A stretch of DNA of 23,405 nt from Verrucomicrobiota bacterium (GTDB taxonomy: Bacteria > Verrucomicrobiota > Verrucomicrobiia > Limisphaerales > CANJSG01): the NCBI GenBank assembly GCA_038209745.1, contig JBBQXJ010000076.1:1-23405 (forward strand). Direction: 5' to 3'. Below the pieces are notes generated by a model. It was not told the DNA's origin. It worked only from the letters and a program-made list of their open reading frames with translations, and searched no databases. Of the stretch, positions 1 through 7,243 are shown piece after piece. Both the position numbers and the translations under genes were made by a program. Each line of letters begins with the position of its first letter. The stretch's first letter is position 1.

Positions 1-230
1 CTTGCCGTCCCCGCGAAGACCACTCCGTCGGCGGCGACCACGGCCGTGAGCGGATCTTTCCAAGGCACCTTGCGGCCCACTTCCTGTAAAAAAACGCGGT
101 CAGGCAGCGACTGGGCGGCGTGGTGAGTCTTGGGAATCGCCGCCGAGATCGAGGGCGTCCCCGGCGCCGACAGCCCAAGCAGGACAAGACCCAGGAGTCT
201 GTGGCGAATTCTACGGAGCCCCGGTTTCAT
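1..230 (-). CDS. N-terminal part of a probable exported protein (runs off the window edge); the frame is also open upstream to an ATG at 437
   Basis: Hand translation from ATG 230: MKPGLRRIRHRLLGLVLLGLSAPGTPSISAAIPKTHHAAQSLPDRVFLQEVGRKVPWKDPLTAVVAADGVVFAGTA, with no stop to base 1. Basic N-region plus hydrophobic stretch looks like a signal peptide. Absent from the ORF track because it is truncated. Confidence 0.6.
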   Translation of the reverse strand, partial: MKPGLRRIRHRLLGLVLLGLSAPGTPSISAAIPKTHHAAQSLPDRVFLQEVGRKVPWKDPLTAVVAADGVVFAGTA

Positions 231-338
231 GATGCCGCGATTGAACGGGAGCAACACGCCACCGGACAAGAGGAGACTGGAAATGCTGCCTTGTCTCGTC
301 GCTCCAACAGCCAAAGGCCCGTCCTCCGTCGGCTTGGT

Positions 339-437
339 GGCGATGATGGCGACAGTGAAGAGGAGTTCGTTCAGCGTGAATGCCGGAAGAAGGAACCGAC
401 CCTTGGCGATGGGACGTTTTGGACGCTGGCCGCGCAT
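339..437 (-). other. Degenerate type IV prepilin-like N-terminal motif, in frame with the 1..230 CDS (remnant or extended N-terminus)
   Basis: From ATG 437: MRGQRPKRPIAKGRFLLPAFTLNELLFTVAIIA, compared with the prepilin-type consensus (G/A)FTLIELLVVIAIIA. The hydrophobic helix breaks off at TKPTEDG. Confidence 0.5.
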
Positions 438-554
438 GGAAACTGGCCATTCGCGGGATGCCGCGGCAGATGCGGTCCGTCGCCGAAGTCAACCGGGTCC
501 AGACAGGCCCTCCGACGGACAATCCAGACGGGAACGAGCCCCATCCGACCAACC

Positions 555-582
555 AAAAAAGGGCCGGATTGCTCCGGCCCTT
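555..582 (-). terminator. Rho-independent terminator downstream of gnd
   Basis: Minus strand AAGGGCCGGA-GCAA-TCCGGCCC-TTTTTT: GC stem, GNRA tetraloop, U6 tail, about 47 nt after the gnd stop. Confidence 0.85.
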
Positions 583-628
583 CTCGACCAACTGAAACGT
601 GTCGGGCACGGATGCCCGGCCTACGCGC

Positions 629-2098
629 CTACGCGTTGTAGGTCGAGGAGCTGACGCGGCCACCGGTGCCGGTCCAGTTCGTGTGGAAGAACTCGCCCCG
701 GGGCTTGTCCACGCGCTCGTAGGTATGGGCGCCGAAGTAATCGCGCTGGGCCTGGAGCAGGTTGGCCGGAAGGCGGGGATTGCGGTAGCCGTCGAAGAAC
801 GCCAGCGCGGTGCCGAAGCACGGCACGGGAATACCCTTCTTGACCGCGAGCGCCACGACGTTGCGCCAGCCCTTCTGGCTCCTCTTGATCTCGCCACGGA
901 AGAAATCGTCGAGCAGCAGGTTGCTGAGCTTCGGGTTCTTGTCGAAGGCTTCCTTGATCTTGCCGAGGAAGCGGCTGCGGATGATGCAGCCGCCGCGCCA
1001 CATGAGAGCGATGCCGCCGTAGTTGAGTTTCCAACCGTATTCCTGGGCGGCGGCACGGAGCAGCATGTAGCCCTGCGCGTAGCTGACGATCTTGGACGCA
1101 TAGAGCGCGCTCATGATGTCGTTGATGAGGGCTTTCTTGGCTTCGGGCTTGGTCGCCTGGGCCATTGCGGGACGGGGTCCCTTGAGCTTCCGGGACGCTT
1201 TGACGCGCTCTTCCTTCATCGCGCTGACGCAGCGCGCGAAGACGGATTCCGCGATGAGGGTGACCGGCTGGGCGAGATTCGCGGAGTCGATGACGGTCCA
1301 CTTGCCCGTGCCCTTCTGGCCGGCGGTATCGAGGATCTTGTCGACGAGGGCGGAGCCGTCTTCGTCTTTCTTTGCCAGGATGTTCGCGGTGATCTCGACG
1401 AGGAAGCTGTCGAGTTCGCCGGTGTTCCATTCCTTGAAGACGGCGGCGATCTCTTCGGCGGGCATCCCGAGGCCGTCGCGCATGAGGCTGTAGGCTTCGC
1501 AGATGAGCTGCATGTCGCCGTATTCGATGCCGTTGTGGACCATCTTGACGTAATGGCCGGAACCGCCGTTGCCGACCCAGTCGCAGCAAGGGACGTTGTC
1601 GTCCACCTTCGCCGAAATTCCCTGGAAGATGTCCTTCACGAAGGGCCAGGCTTTCTCGGAACCGCCGGGCATGATGCTCGGACCGAACCTCGCGCCTTCT
1701 TCGCCGCCGGACACGCCGGTGCCGACGTAGAGCAGGCCTTTGGCCTCAAGCTCCTTCATGCGGCGATCGGAGTCCCCGTAGAGGGAATTGCCACCGTCGA
1801 TGATGATGTCGCCGGGTTCGAGGAGCGGGACGACCTGGGCGATGAAATCGTCCACCGGCGCGCCGGCCTTGACCATGCACATGACGCGGCGCGGGCGCTT
1901 GAGCTTGGCGACCATCTCCTCGACGGAGTGGGCGCCCTGGACCTTGGTGCCTTTCGCTTCGTGGGCCAAAAATTCGTCCACCTTGGAGGTGGTTCGATTG
2001 AAAGCCACGACGGTGAAGCCGTGGTCGTTCATGTTGAGAATGAGGTTCTGGCCCATGACGGCCAGGCCGATTACGGCGATGTCAGCGGTAGGTTCCAT
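629..2098 (-). CDS. gnd: 6-phosphogluconate dehydrogenase, decarboxylating (NADP-dependent)
   Basis: IGLAVMGQNL Rossmann motif, IDGGNS, GVSGGEEGA, HYVKMVHNGIEYGDMQ, AGQKGTGKW, MWRGGCIIRS, QAQRDYFGAHTY. Start placed at ATG 2098 (MEPTADIAVIG). Confidence 0.97.
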   Translation of the reverse strand: MEPTADIAVIGLAVMGQNLILNMNDHGFTVVAFNRTTSKVDEFLAHEAKGTKVQGAHSVEEMVAKLKRPRRVMCMVKAGAPVDDFIAQVVPLLEPGDIIIDGGNSLYGDSDRRMKELEAKGLLYVGTGVSGGEEGARFGPSIMPGGSEKAWPFVKDIFQGISAKVDDNVPCCDWVGNGGSGHYVKMVHNGIEYGDMQLICEAYSLMRDGLGMPAEEIAAVFKEWNTGELDSFLVEITANILAKKDEDGSALVDKILDTAGQKGTGKWTVIDSANLAQPVTLIAESVFARCVSAMKEERVKASRKLKGPRPAMAQATKPEAKKALINDIMSALYASKIVSYAQGYMLLRAAAQEYGWKLNYGGIALMWRGGCIIRSRFLGKIKEAFDKNPKLSNLLLDDFFRGEIKRSQKGWRNVVALAVKKGIPVPCFGTALAFFDGYRNPRLPANLLQAQRDYFGAHTYERVDKPRGEFFHTNWTGTGGRVSSSTYNA

Positions 2099-2150
2099 GA
2101 TTTCGTTTCGGGGTCGATGATGGTTCTCTGCGGGGCAAAGAAAGCTCGGT

Positions 2151-2651
2151 TCAAGCGCCAAACTGGAGTCGGGCGTCGTCGGTCAACAGCACTTTGAGAT
2201 TCTGCCAGAACACTTCGTTCATGGCATAGAAAGCATTGAGATACACGGCCACTTCTTCCTGCGGATACTTGGCCAGCAACGTGTCGATGGCGGCGCCGAG
2301 CCGGGCATCTTCCACGTTTTCGGGCAGTGCTTCGACGGTTCCTTCCTTATGGGGAATGCTCAGTGAATCCAGGAAATCGGTCAACATGGCGGTGTGCTTC
2401 TTCACCAACCAGGTGCGGAGGAGGTTCTGCGCGACCAGATCCAACCGGGGCCTGCTTAGGAACGAGACGATCTCCGCGTCGCGCTCGGTCCGGGGCTTCC
2501 GCTCCAGGAACTGCGGCCGGAGCTTGCGGGCCTCGGCGACGGAGGCCAGGACGGCCTTGTAGAGTTCGCGCTCCTCTTCGAAGGCGAACGAAAGAATGTC
2601 ACCCGACAACTTGGGTGACATGAATCCAAACAACTCGTGTGCGGTCAGCAT
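2151..2651 (-). CDS. Hypothetical protein, 166 aa, helical
   Basis: ORF with coding-like composition from ATG 2651 (MLTAHELFGFMSPKL...), co-oriented with and just upstream of gnd. No family motif recognised. Confidence 0.75.
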   Translation of the reverse strand: MLTAHELFGFMSPKLSGDILSFAFEEERELYKAVLASVAEARKLRPQFLERKPRTERDAEIVSFLSRPRLDLVAQNLLRTWLVKKHTAMLTDFLDSLSIPHKEGTVEALPENVEDARLGAAIDTLLAKYPQEEVAVYLNAFYAMNEVFWQNLKVLLTDDARLQFGA

Positions 2652-2799
2652 GGCGTATTTCGGCCCGGGCCTTGGGCCGAGGGAGTAATTTTGATAACAA
2701 ACTGGCGGGGAGTTGTCATCCGCGAATCTTGCCAACGCGCCCCTACTTTGTGGCACCCGGACCCGGCAAGCGCTCGCGCAGAGTGCGATCGGGTCGGGA

Positions 2800-3639
2800 T
2801 CAAGACCCGGGGGAAGGGGCGGTCGTGGTCACGCAGACCCTGTGTTTACGACACAGGCCGGCCACTAGATCCTGCTCCAAGACCAGCGTCTTCCGCGGCT
2901 CCAGCGCCAGCACCGCGACCCCGTTGTCGGCGCAGGTCTGGATGGTCCTGGCCCCGATACATGGAATGTCGAACCGCATGTCGTGGCGTTCCTTGGCGAC
3001 TTTGACCGCCACCGCGCCTCCGTCCTTCCCCGCCAATTGGCCACCCCGGGCCAGGCAGGCGTCGGTGCCTTCGAACCCTTCCACGGCCAAGACGGTTCCG
3101 TTCTTCACGACGACGATCTGGCCGATCTCCAACCGCGAGACTTCCTTGGCCAGCTTGAATCCATACCGGACGTCCTCCGCTTGTTCAGCCGATAATTCGC
3201 GACCGAGATGAAACCCGGCCGGCGGCATGAGCGGTTCCAACCAAGGGACCGCGTCGATCAGGGTCACGCCTTCCTTGGCCAGCTCGTCGGCGATGGCGCC
3301 GAAGATCGTGTGGGCGTTCTTTTCCTTCAGCCGAAGCAGGAGGCCAACGGCACGAAGGTCGGGTCGTAGGTTGAACAGATTCGAAGGCGCGATCTGTCCG
3401 GCCATGACGCAGCGCCCGATTCCGCGGGAAGCGAACGCGGCGATCATCTTGGTCAATTGGCCGACCCGGAGCCAAACCACCTCGTCCACGACCGATGCAA
3501 TGTCGCGGTCTGTTTCCCCCTCGAACGCGACGGCCACGATCCTCGGGACGCCGGCGACCCGGGCTTGACGCGCGAGCATCAAGGGCAGCGCCTTGCTCCC
3601 GGCGATGAGTCCGAGCGGGGTCGAGTTGTCCACAGACAT
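2800..3639 (-). CDS. lpxI: UDP-2,3-diacylglucosamine diphosphatase, LpxI family (DUF1009)
   Basis: LGLIAGSKALP N-terminus, VMAGQI, EIGQIVVV, VLAVEGFEGTD, VKVAK...DMRFDIPCIG are typical LpxI motifs. Confidence 0.9.
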   Translation of the reverse strand: MSVDNSTPLGLIAGSKALPLMLARQARVAGVPRIVAVAFEGETDRDIASVVDEVVWLRVGQLTKMIAAFASRGIGRCVMAGQIAPSNLFNLRPDLRAVGLLLRLKEKNAHTIFGAIADELAKEGVTLIDAVPWLEPLMPPAGFHLGRELSAEQAEDVRYGFKLAKEVSRLEIGQIVVVKNGTVLAVEGFEGTDACLARGGQLAGKDGGAVAVKVAKERHDMRFDIPCIGARTIQTCADNGVAVLALEPRKTLVLEQDLVAGLCRKHRVCVTTTAPSPGS

Positions 3640-3714
3640 GACCGCACGCTACCGGGACCGGGCGATCCGGGACAATGGAGGAAACAAAGCCGCCGCCTTG
3701 CAGAACCCGTCCGC

Positions 3715-4881
3715 CTACTTCTTCGCGATGCGGATGGAAGCGTTCTGCGTGTCCAACCGGATGCGCGGCGTTCCCGGATCGATGTCCTTAAATGGATCGC
3801 TCCCCTGGGGCTTCATCAGCACCGGGAAGTCCGAGTTGATCTCGGCAAACTGCGTGTGGGCTTGGATGGCGGGCTTCAATCCGGCGGGCAATCGGATGTC
3901 GATCTCGCCGAAGCGGGTCGAAGCCACGATGTTCGAGACCGATCCGGAAACGACGTCGAGCCGGATGGCGCCGTTCTGGTTGTGGCAGACAAAGGACGGT
4001 CCCTCGCCGCTGATATCCATCGACGCGAACGACGTCCTGGCGTCGACCGATCCGCCAACCTTCGTCACCGCAACGCCGCCGTTCTGGTTTTCCAGCGCCA
4101 CTCCGCCCGCCACTCCGTTCACCGACAATCCGGCGAACGACGTCCGGATCTCGGCCGAAGCGGCACCGTCGAGATCCACCCGGCCGTTCTGGTTCCGCAG
4201 GTGGGCAAACCCGGAAATGTTGCGGGCCGTCAACGAAGCAAAGCGGGTCGAGGCTTCCAGCGTTCCTTGGACATCGGCCACGTCGATCTGGCCGTTCTGG
4301 TTCTTGAGGACCGCCGCCCCGGTTCGAACCGCCGTCATCGGCGCGAACGACGTGCTGGCCATCACGGCGCCGCCGATGTTCCGGAGTTCCACGGCGCCAT
4401 TCTGTCCGGAGACCTGGACACCGCCGGTAAGATCACGAACTTCTGTCCCGCCGAAATGATTCTCCACCCGGGCCGCCATTGCCTTGGGCACGCGGACTTC
4501 GATCTCCGATTCGTAGGCCCAATCCCCGTGGCTGTCGGGCAGCGACACGGCGATCCGGAACCGTTCTCCCAGTTTGTCCGCCGGGCAACTTGCGCCCGAA
4601 ACCGCACGTTGCGCGTCCTCTTCCGAAGCGGCCCGGACGGTCAACGCCCATGACCAGCTGCCAGCCGGCTCGTCGGTTCCAACCACCGTCACTTTGCCGA
4701 ACCGATTCACCACATCGACCAAGGCGAGCCCGCCGGGTATCTCGCCTCGCGTGGTAATGTTGGTCTGCACCGGAAAGCTGCGGAAGGAGGATCCACCGGA
4801 GACAGACTTCGATGAAAACTTGCACCCGGAGACAGAGGCCAAGCCGACCACGACGGTAATGATTCGGATGATGTTTTTCAT
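3715..4881 (-). CDS. DUF4097-like (adhesin/toastrack) beta-strand repeat lipoprotein
   Basis: Start ATG 4881 MKNIIRIITVVVGLASVSGC gives a lipobox (VSGC). Alternating (N/G)QNG and T(S/R)F(A/G) repeats; IEVRVPK and IDIRLP segments are typical of DUF4097. The upstream part of the 614-aa ORF is antisense to the VOC gene and was rejected. Confidence 0.8.
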   Translation of the reverse strand: MKNIIRIITVVVGLASVSGCKFSSKSVSGGSSFRSFPVQTNITTRGEIPGGLALVDVVNRFGKVTVVGTDEPAGSWSWALTVRAASEEDAQRAVSGASCPADKLGERFRIAVSLPDSHGDWAYESEIEVRVPKAMAARVENHFGGTEVRDLTGGVQVSGQNGAVELRNIGGAVMASTSFAPMTAVRTGAAVLKNQNGQIDVADVQGTLEASTRFASLTARNISGFAHLRNQNGRVDLDGAASAEIRTSFAGLSVNGVAGGVALENQNGGVAVTKVGGSVDARTSFASMDISGEGPSFVCHNQNGAIRLDVVSGSVSNIVASTRFGEIDIRLPAGLKPAIQAHTQFAEINSDFPVLMKPQGSDPFKDIDPGTPRIRLDTQNASIRIAKK

Positions 4882-5193
4882 ATGGCTCGTGAGATGTCTC
4901 GTGCAGAACCCATCCCGACGCACCGAAGTTTCAACGAATTTGAAATCGCTCCGGACACTTCCCAGCTCCCGGCAAAGCGCAACGCCAAAGAGCAGACGGC
5001 GACGGAGAATCAGTTTTCGGAATCGCCCGACAACTGGGAAGTCGACCGAACCCTCAGATCCGTGCCCAACGGGTTTCGGCGATCCAGCCGAGCACGCCTT
5101 GCGTCTCCTTGAAACTGAAGGATTGACCCGGCCGGTCGATCCCCGCCAAGTCGATCCCAGAATCCAATCCCAACGGCAGAAACCTTCTGATCC

Positions 5194-5622
5194 ATGGAAC
5201 CCCGCATCACCACCATCACGCTCGGCGTGTCGGACCTCACGGAATCGATTCGCTTCTATCGGGACGGCCTCGGATTTCCGGCCAAGATCGAGGAAGGCGC
5301 TCCCATCGCTTTCTTCACCACGCTTGGGACCCGCCTCGCCCTCTATCCGCTCGATCGCCTCGGGGACTATGTTGGACAACCCGCCGCCATGCCCGGGAGC
5401 CCGTTCGGCGGAATCACGCTCGGACACAACGTCCGGACCCGAGAGGAAGTGGACGAAGTGCTCGCGCTCGCTGAGAGAGCCGGAGGCAAGATCCTGAAGC
5501 CCGCCCAGAAAGTCTCCTGGGGCGGTGTCAGCGGAATCTTCTCGGATCCTGATGGCCACCTCTGGGAAGTGGCTTGGGCGCCGATGTACTCCTTCGACGA
5601 AACGGGCGCCCTGATCTTTTGA
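5194..5622 (+). CDS. VOC family protein (glyoxalase/bleomycin resistance/dioxygenase superfamily)
   Basis: ITLGVSDL..SIRFYRDGLGF, GGKILKPAQKVSWGG, FSDPDGHLWEVAW. Confidence 0.9.
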   Translation: MEPRITTITLGVSDLTESIRFYRDGLGFPAKIEEGAPIAFFTTLGTRLALYPLDRLGDYVGQPAAMPGSPFGGITLGHNVRTREEVDEVLALAERAGGKILKPAQKVSWGGVSGIFSDPDGHLWEVAWAPMYSFDETGALIF

Positions 5623-5659
5623 TCCTTTGCGACCCCGGCGCCCTCCCCCGGGACTGCGG

Positions 5660-5980
5660 CTACTTGGCCTTCGCCGGTTTGCCCGACGGCTTCGCCTTGG
5701 CGTTCTTCTTCGGCTCGGGCTTGTTCCCCTGAAGCTTGGACAGCCGGCCCATCATTTTCTCCAGAGCGCGGGCAGATTGTCGGGAAACATCCTTCGCCTC
5801 CTTGAATGCGGCCTTGGTCCGCTTTTGCAAGAGACGCGCCTCTTTGACCTGCTTTTTCGCCGCGCGATACGTGGCCTCGGTCTGGGATTCAGCGGCACGC
5901 AGGCGCTTCAGTGTGGTCTGCCCGGCAATGACTTCGGCGCGGGCTTGGACGAGAGAGGATGATTGTTTTTCGGCTTTCAT
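5660..5980 (-). CDS. Small Lys/Ala-rich basic protein (coiled coil plus histone-H1-like tail)
   Basis: 106 aa from ATG, filling the gap between the VOC gene and mnmA. Hand count 20 K + 9 R against 9 D/E. C-terminus KPEPKKNAKAKPSGKPAKAK. Confidence 0.65.
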   Translation of the reverse strand: MKAEKQSSSLVQARAEVIAGQTTLKRLRAAESQTEATYRAAKKQVKEARLLQKRTKAAFKEAKDVSRQSARALEKMMGRLSKLQGNKPEPKKNAKAKPSGKPAKAK

Positions 5981-6022
5981 GATGGTGGATTCGCGGACCC
6001 TCCGAATACCGCCGGGTCGTGT

Positions 6023-6058
6023 GTTACGGCAAGGTAACGACTGTTACGTTTCTGTCAC
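6023..6058. promoter_or_regulatory. Putative OmpR/PhoB-family regulator binding site (two GTNAC-N6-GTNAC pairs)
   Basis: GTTAC(6023)-N6-GTAAC(6034) and GTTAC(6043)-N6-GTCAC(6054). 6041-6058 CTGTTACGTTTCTGTCAC resembles a Pho box. Confidence 0.45.
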
Positions 6059-6097
6059 GACTCCCCAACCCACGCTGCCGCATTGCACGCCCAGAGC

Positions 6098-6125
6098 TTG
6101 TCCGACCGAAGTCCGGCCCTATAGT
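6098..6125 (+). promoter_or_regulatory. Candidate sigma70 promoter of mnmA (near-leaderless)
   Basis: TTGTCC-N16-TATAGT ends 9 nt before the GTG at 6135; no Shine-Dalgarno in between. Confidence 0.5.
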
Positions 6126-6134
6126 AGCCGGCCT

Positions 6135-7217
6135 GTGACGGACCGGAAGAAAACTCGCGTGTTGGTGGGAATGAGCGGCGGCGTCGATTCATCGGCGACG
6201 GCCGCGTTGCTGCTGGAGCAGGGCTACGACGTGGTCGGCGTCACCCTGAAACTCTGGCCGCAAGACTGCGTCAACCGGGCCGAGGACAAGTGCTGCGGAC
6301 CCCAGGCCGTGACCGATGCCCGCGCGGTCTGCCACACGCTCGGGATCCCCTACTATCTGGTGGACGAATCGGCCGAGTTCCAGAACCGGGTCATCCAATA
6401 CTTCGCCGACGAATACAAAGCCGGCCGCACGCCCAACCCATGCGTGATGTGCAACCAGACGTTGAAGTTCGGCACGCTCATCCACCGCGCCAAACAGCTC
6501 GGAGCCCAGTTCATCGCCACCGGCCACTTTGCCCGCGTCGAACGGCGCGACGACGGCCGCGTCCTGCTCCGCCGGGGCAAGGATCCACGCAAGGACCAGA
6601 GCTACTTCCTCTTCAGCCTGCGTCAGGACCAGCTCGCCTTCTCAATGTTCCCGCTGGGTGAAAAGACCAAGGCCGACACGCGCGAAGTCGCCCGGGAATG
6701 CCACCTCAAGACAGCCGACAAGGAGGAGTCGATGGAGATCTGCTTCGTGCCGGACAACGACTATGGCGGGTTCCTTCGGGCCGCGAAGCTGGCCGAGAAG
6801 CACCAGGGCGACATCGTGGATTTGACCGGCCGGGTGCTCGGCAAACATGACGGCATCGAGTTCTACACCGTTGGACAGCGCAAGGGGCTCGGCATCTCGT
6901 CGCCCCAACCACTCTACGTCATCGAACTGGACGCGGCTGCGAACCGTATCGTCGTCGGCCCGGACTCCGCCTTGGACCGGTCCGAATTCCGCGTGCAAAC
7001 CTCCAACTGGATCCCGTGGGAGACACCCCCGGCCGAGGTCCGCGCCACGGTGAAGATCCGCTACAACCATCCCGGCACGCCGGCCACGATCCATCCGGAA
7101 GCAGACGGCAAGGCCCGCATCGTCCTGGACGAGCCGCAACGGGCGATCACCCCGGGCCAGGCGTGCGTGTTCTACGACGACGACCTTGTGCTGGGCGGCG
7201 GCTGGATTCAGCGGTGA
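6135..7217 (+). CDS. mnmA: tRNA-specific 2-thiouridylase MnmA
   Basis: MSGGVDSS PP-loop, TPNPCVMCN, IATGHFAR, KDQSYFL, ESMEICFVP, YTVGQRKGLG, ITPGQACVFY. Start placed at GTG 6135. Confidence 0.97.
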   Translation: MTDRKKTRVLVGMSGGVDSSATAALLLEQGYDVVGVTLKLWPQDCVNRAEDKCCGPQAVTDARAVCHTLGIPYYLVDESAEFQNRVIQYFADEYKAGRTPNPCVMCNQTLKFGTLIHRAKQLGAQFIATGHFARVERRDDGRVLLRRGKDPRKDQSYFLFSLRQDQLAFSMFPLGEKTKADTREVARECHLKTADKEESMEICFVPDNDYGGFLRAAKLAEKHQGDIVDLTGRVLGKHDGIEFYTVGQRKGLGISSPQPLYVIELDAAANRIVVGPDSALDRSEFRVQTSNWIPWETPPAEVRATVKIRYNHPGTPATIHPEADGKARIVLDEPQRAITPGQACVFYDDDLVLGGGWIQR

Positions 7218-7218
7218 T

Positions 7219-7226
7219 CTGAAAAG
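7219..7226 (+). repeat. Left copy of the 8-bp direct repeat CTGAAAAG bounding the low-GC cassette
   Basis: CTGAAAAG starts 2 nt after the mnmA stop; identical 8-mer at 10508-10515. Confidence 0.4.
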
Positions 7227-7243
7227 ACCGACAAGTCCAAGGC

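Noticed and set aside
130..654. + strand ORFs 120-641 and 130-654
   Set aside because: They are Arg/Pro-rich with no motifs, cross the gnd terminator, and lie antisense to the better-supported minus-strand frame.
599..2197. 532-aa + strand ORF, and other long antisense ORFs (3457-4653, 14494-15543, 18787-20037, 19730-22234)
   Set aside because: They are shadows of confidently identified genes on the opposite strand, expected from high-GC codon bias, and show no recognisable motifs.
4905..4935. Possible ECF-sigma promoter (TGAAAC...) upstream of the DUF4097 gene
   Set aside because: The -10 element does not match convincingly; too weak to call.
4882..5559. N-terminal 226 aa of the 614-aa ORF, suggesting a long fusion protein
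   Set aside because: It overlaps the VOC gene antisense; the lipoprotein signal begins at ATG 4881.
5736..6134. Apparent 133-aa N-terminal extension of MnmA
   Set aside because: It is antisense to the basic protein gene, and a promoter-like sequence lies just before GTG 6135, where MnmA homology starts.
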